Below, in pieces: positions 63,101-64,000 of a stretch of 64,000 nucleotides of DNA. The notes below the pieces were generated by a model. It did not search any database. It saw only the letters and a program-made list of their open reading frames with translations, and was not told the origin of the DNA. Position 1 is the stretch's first letter; every line of letters begins with the position of its first letter. The translations under genes were made by a program, and so were the position numbers. The stretch comes from Camelus ferus (lineage: Eukaryota), in the NCBI RefSeq assembly GCF_009834535.1, contig NC_045696.1:105588001-105652000 (forward strand), written 5' to 3'.

Positions 63101-64000
63101 GATCTCTGCATGGAATCTGGCTATCTGGGAAAGCAATCAAAACCAGGCAGCCAATGTCAGACAGACAAGTGCTTAAAAAACTCCTGGGTGGGTGGAGGAC
63201 GACTCGTTCTTCCTCCGAAGCATCAAGGACATCTGTTGGGCTAGGTCATGGGCAGAGCAGGGCAGAATGTGCAGCCTGGAGACATGCGGAGCCCTGCTGC
63301 ACCATCTCTGGGTGGCAGAAATCAGTGGCACCAGGAGTTTGAGCATTAACCCCTGGGGTCCTGCAGACTTGGACCAAGGTGTAAACTGGGAAGGCTCTGT
63401 GCAGACAGGGCCACATGCAGGCAGGACCTGGACACAGGCTGCAGGCCTTGGCCTGTGAGGGACAGTCACAGAGCCGCCCAGGAAGGCCCGCAAGCTGGGA
63501 CATCTTTCCTATCTGGCCCTGATGGCTTCTCATCTTAAAGTTTAGCTTCTCTGAAAGGTCTTCCCAAATCCCACCCCTAAGTGGGATTAGGATCCTCTCC
63601 GTTTAATTAGGACCCCCATTATACCATACCATAGAATCTGCAATATTATTTCAGTCAAGGAATTTATCACAGCTTGTAAATAGAAATGTGTTTGTTTGCT
63701 TATTATCTGATTGTCCCCACTACACCAAAAGTTCCATGGGATAGGACTGTGGCTGTTTTATCCACCAATACATCCCCAGATCTAGCATACAAACTAAATG
63801 TCCATAGAGAGGCTAAACACAGGAACACATGACTGAAATGCCACCATTAGAACATCTTTCAGGTGCTTTCATGTATTCAATCAACCAACTTTGACTGAGC
63901 ATCTACTATGTGTCAGATTCAAAGTTGGGAAAAGTGGGGTTTAAAAAAAATATTTTAAAATACAAAGACTCACAGGAGAGTCGGACTCTAGGATATTGTC

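Noticed and set aside
1..64000. CRISPR arrays, rRNA genes, prokaryotic operons
   Set aside because: Mammalian sequence; no regularly spaced repeats or rRNA-like segments seen.

Overview
Mammalian, repeat-rich, apparently intergenic or intronic DNA, most likely camelid (two tRNA-Ala-derived SINEs resembling the camelid vic-1 family). No host protein-coding gene could be identified. The dominant feature is a young full-length LINE-1 (47066-54179, +) with a CpG-rich 5'UTR and a 10-bp target-site duplication (TSD). It has only two visible disabling lesions: a +1 A in an ORF1 homopolymer and one nonsense codon in ORF2. The window also holds a decayed ERV-L provirus (LTR16-like LTR, gag, pro, RT; minus strand), a hAT-Charlie transposase relic split by an L1, several older L1s (one internally scrambled inside a TSD, one with a chimeric 3' end), solo LTRs (MER21-, MLT1-, MLT2-like), MITEs, MIR/L2 fragments and microsatellites. 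The best non-repeat candidate is an unannotated spliced minus-strand ORF at about 58.7-60.2 kb that would encode a hydrophobic, TM-like C-terminus. Repeat family names come from recalled consensus similarity, not from a database search. Most short ORFs in the track are spurious.
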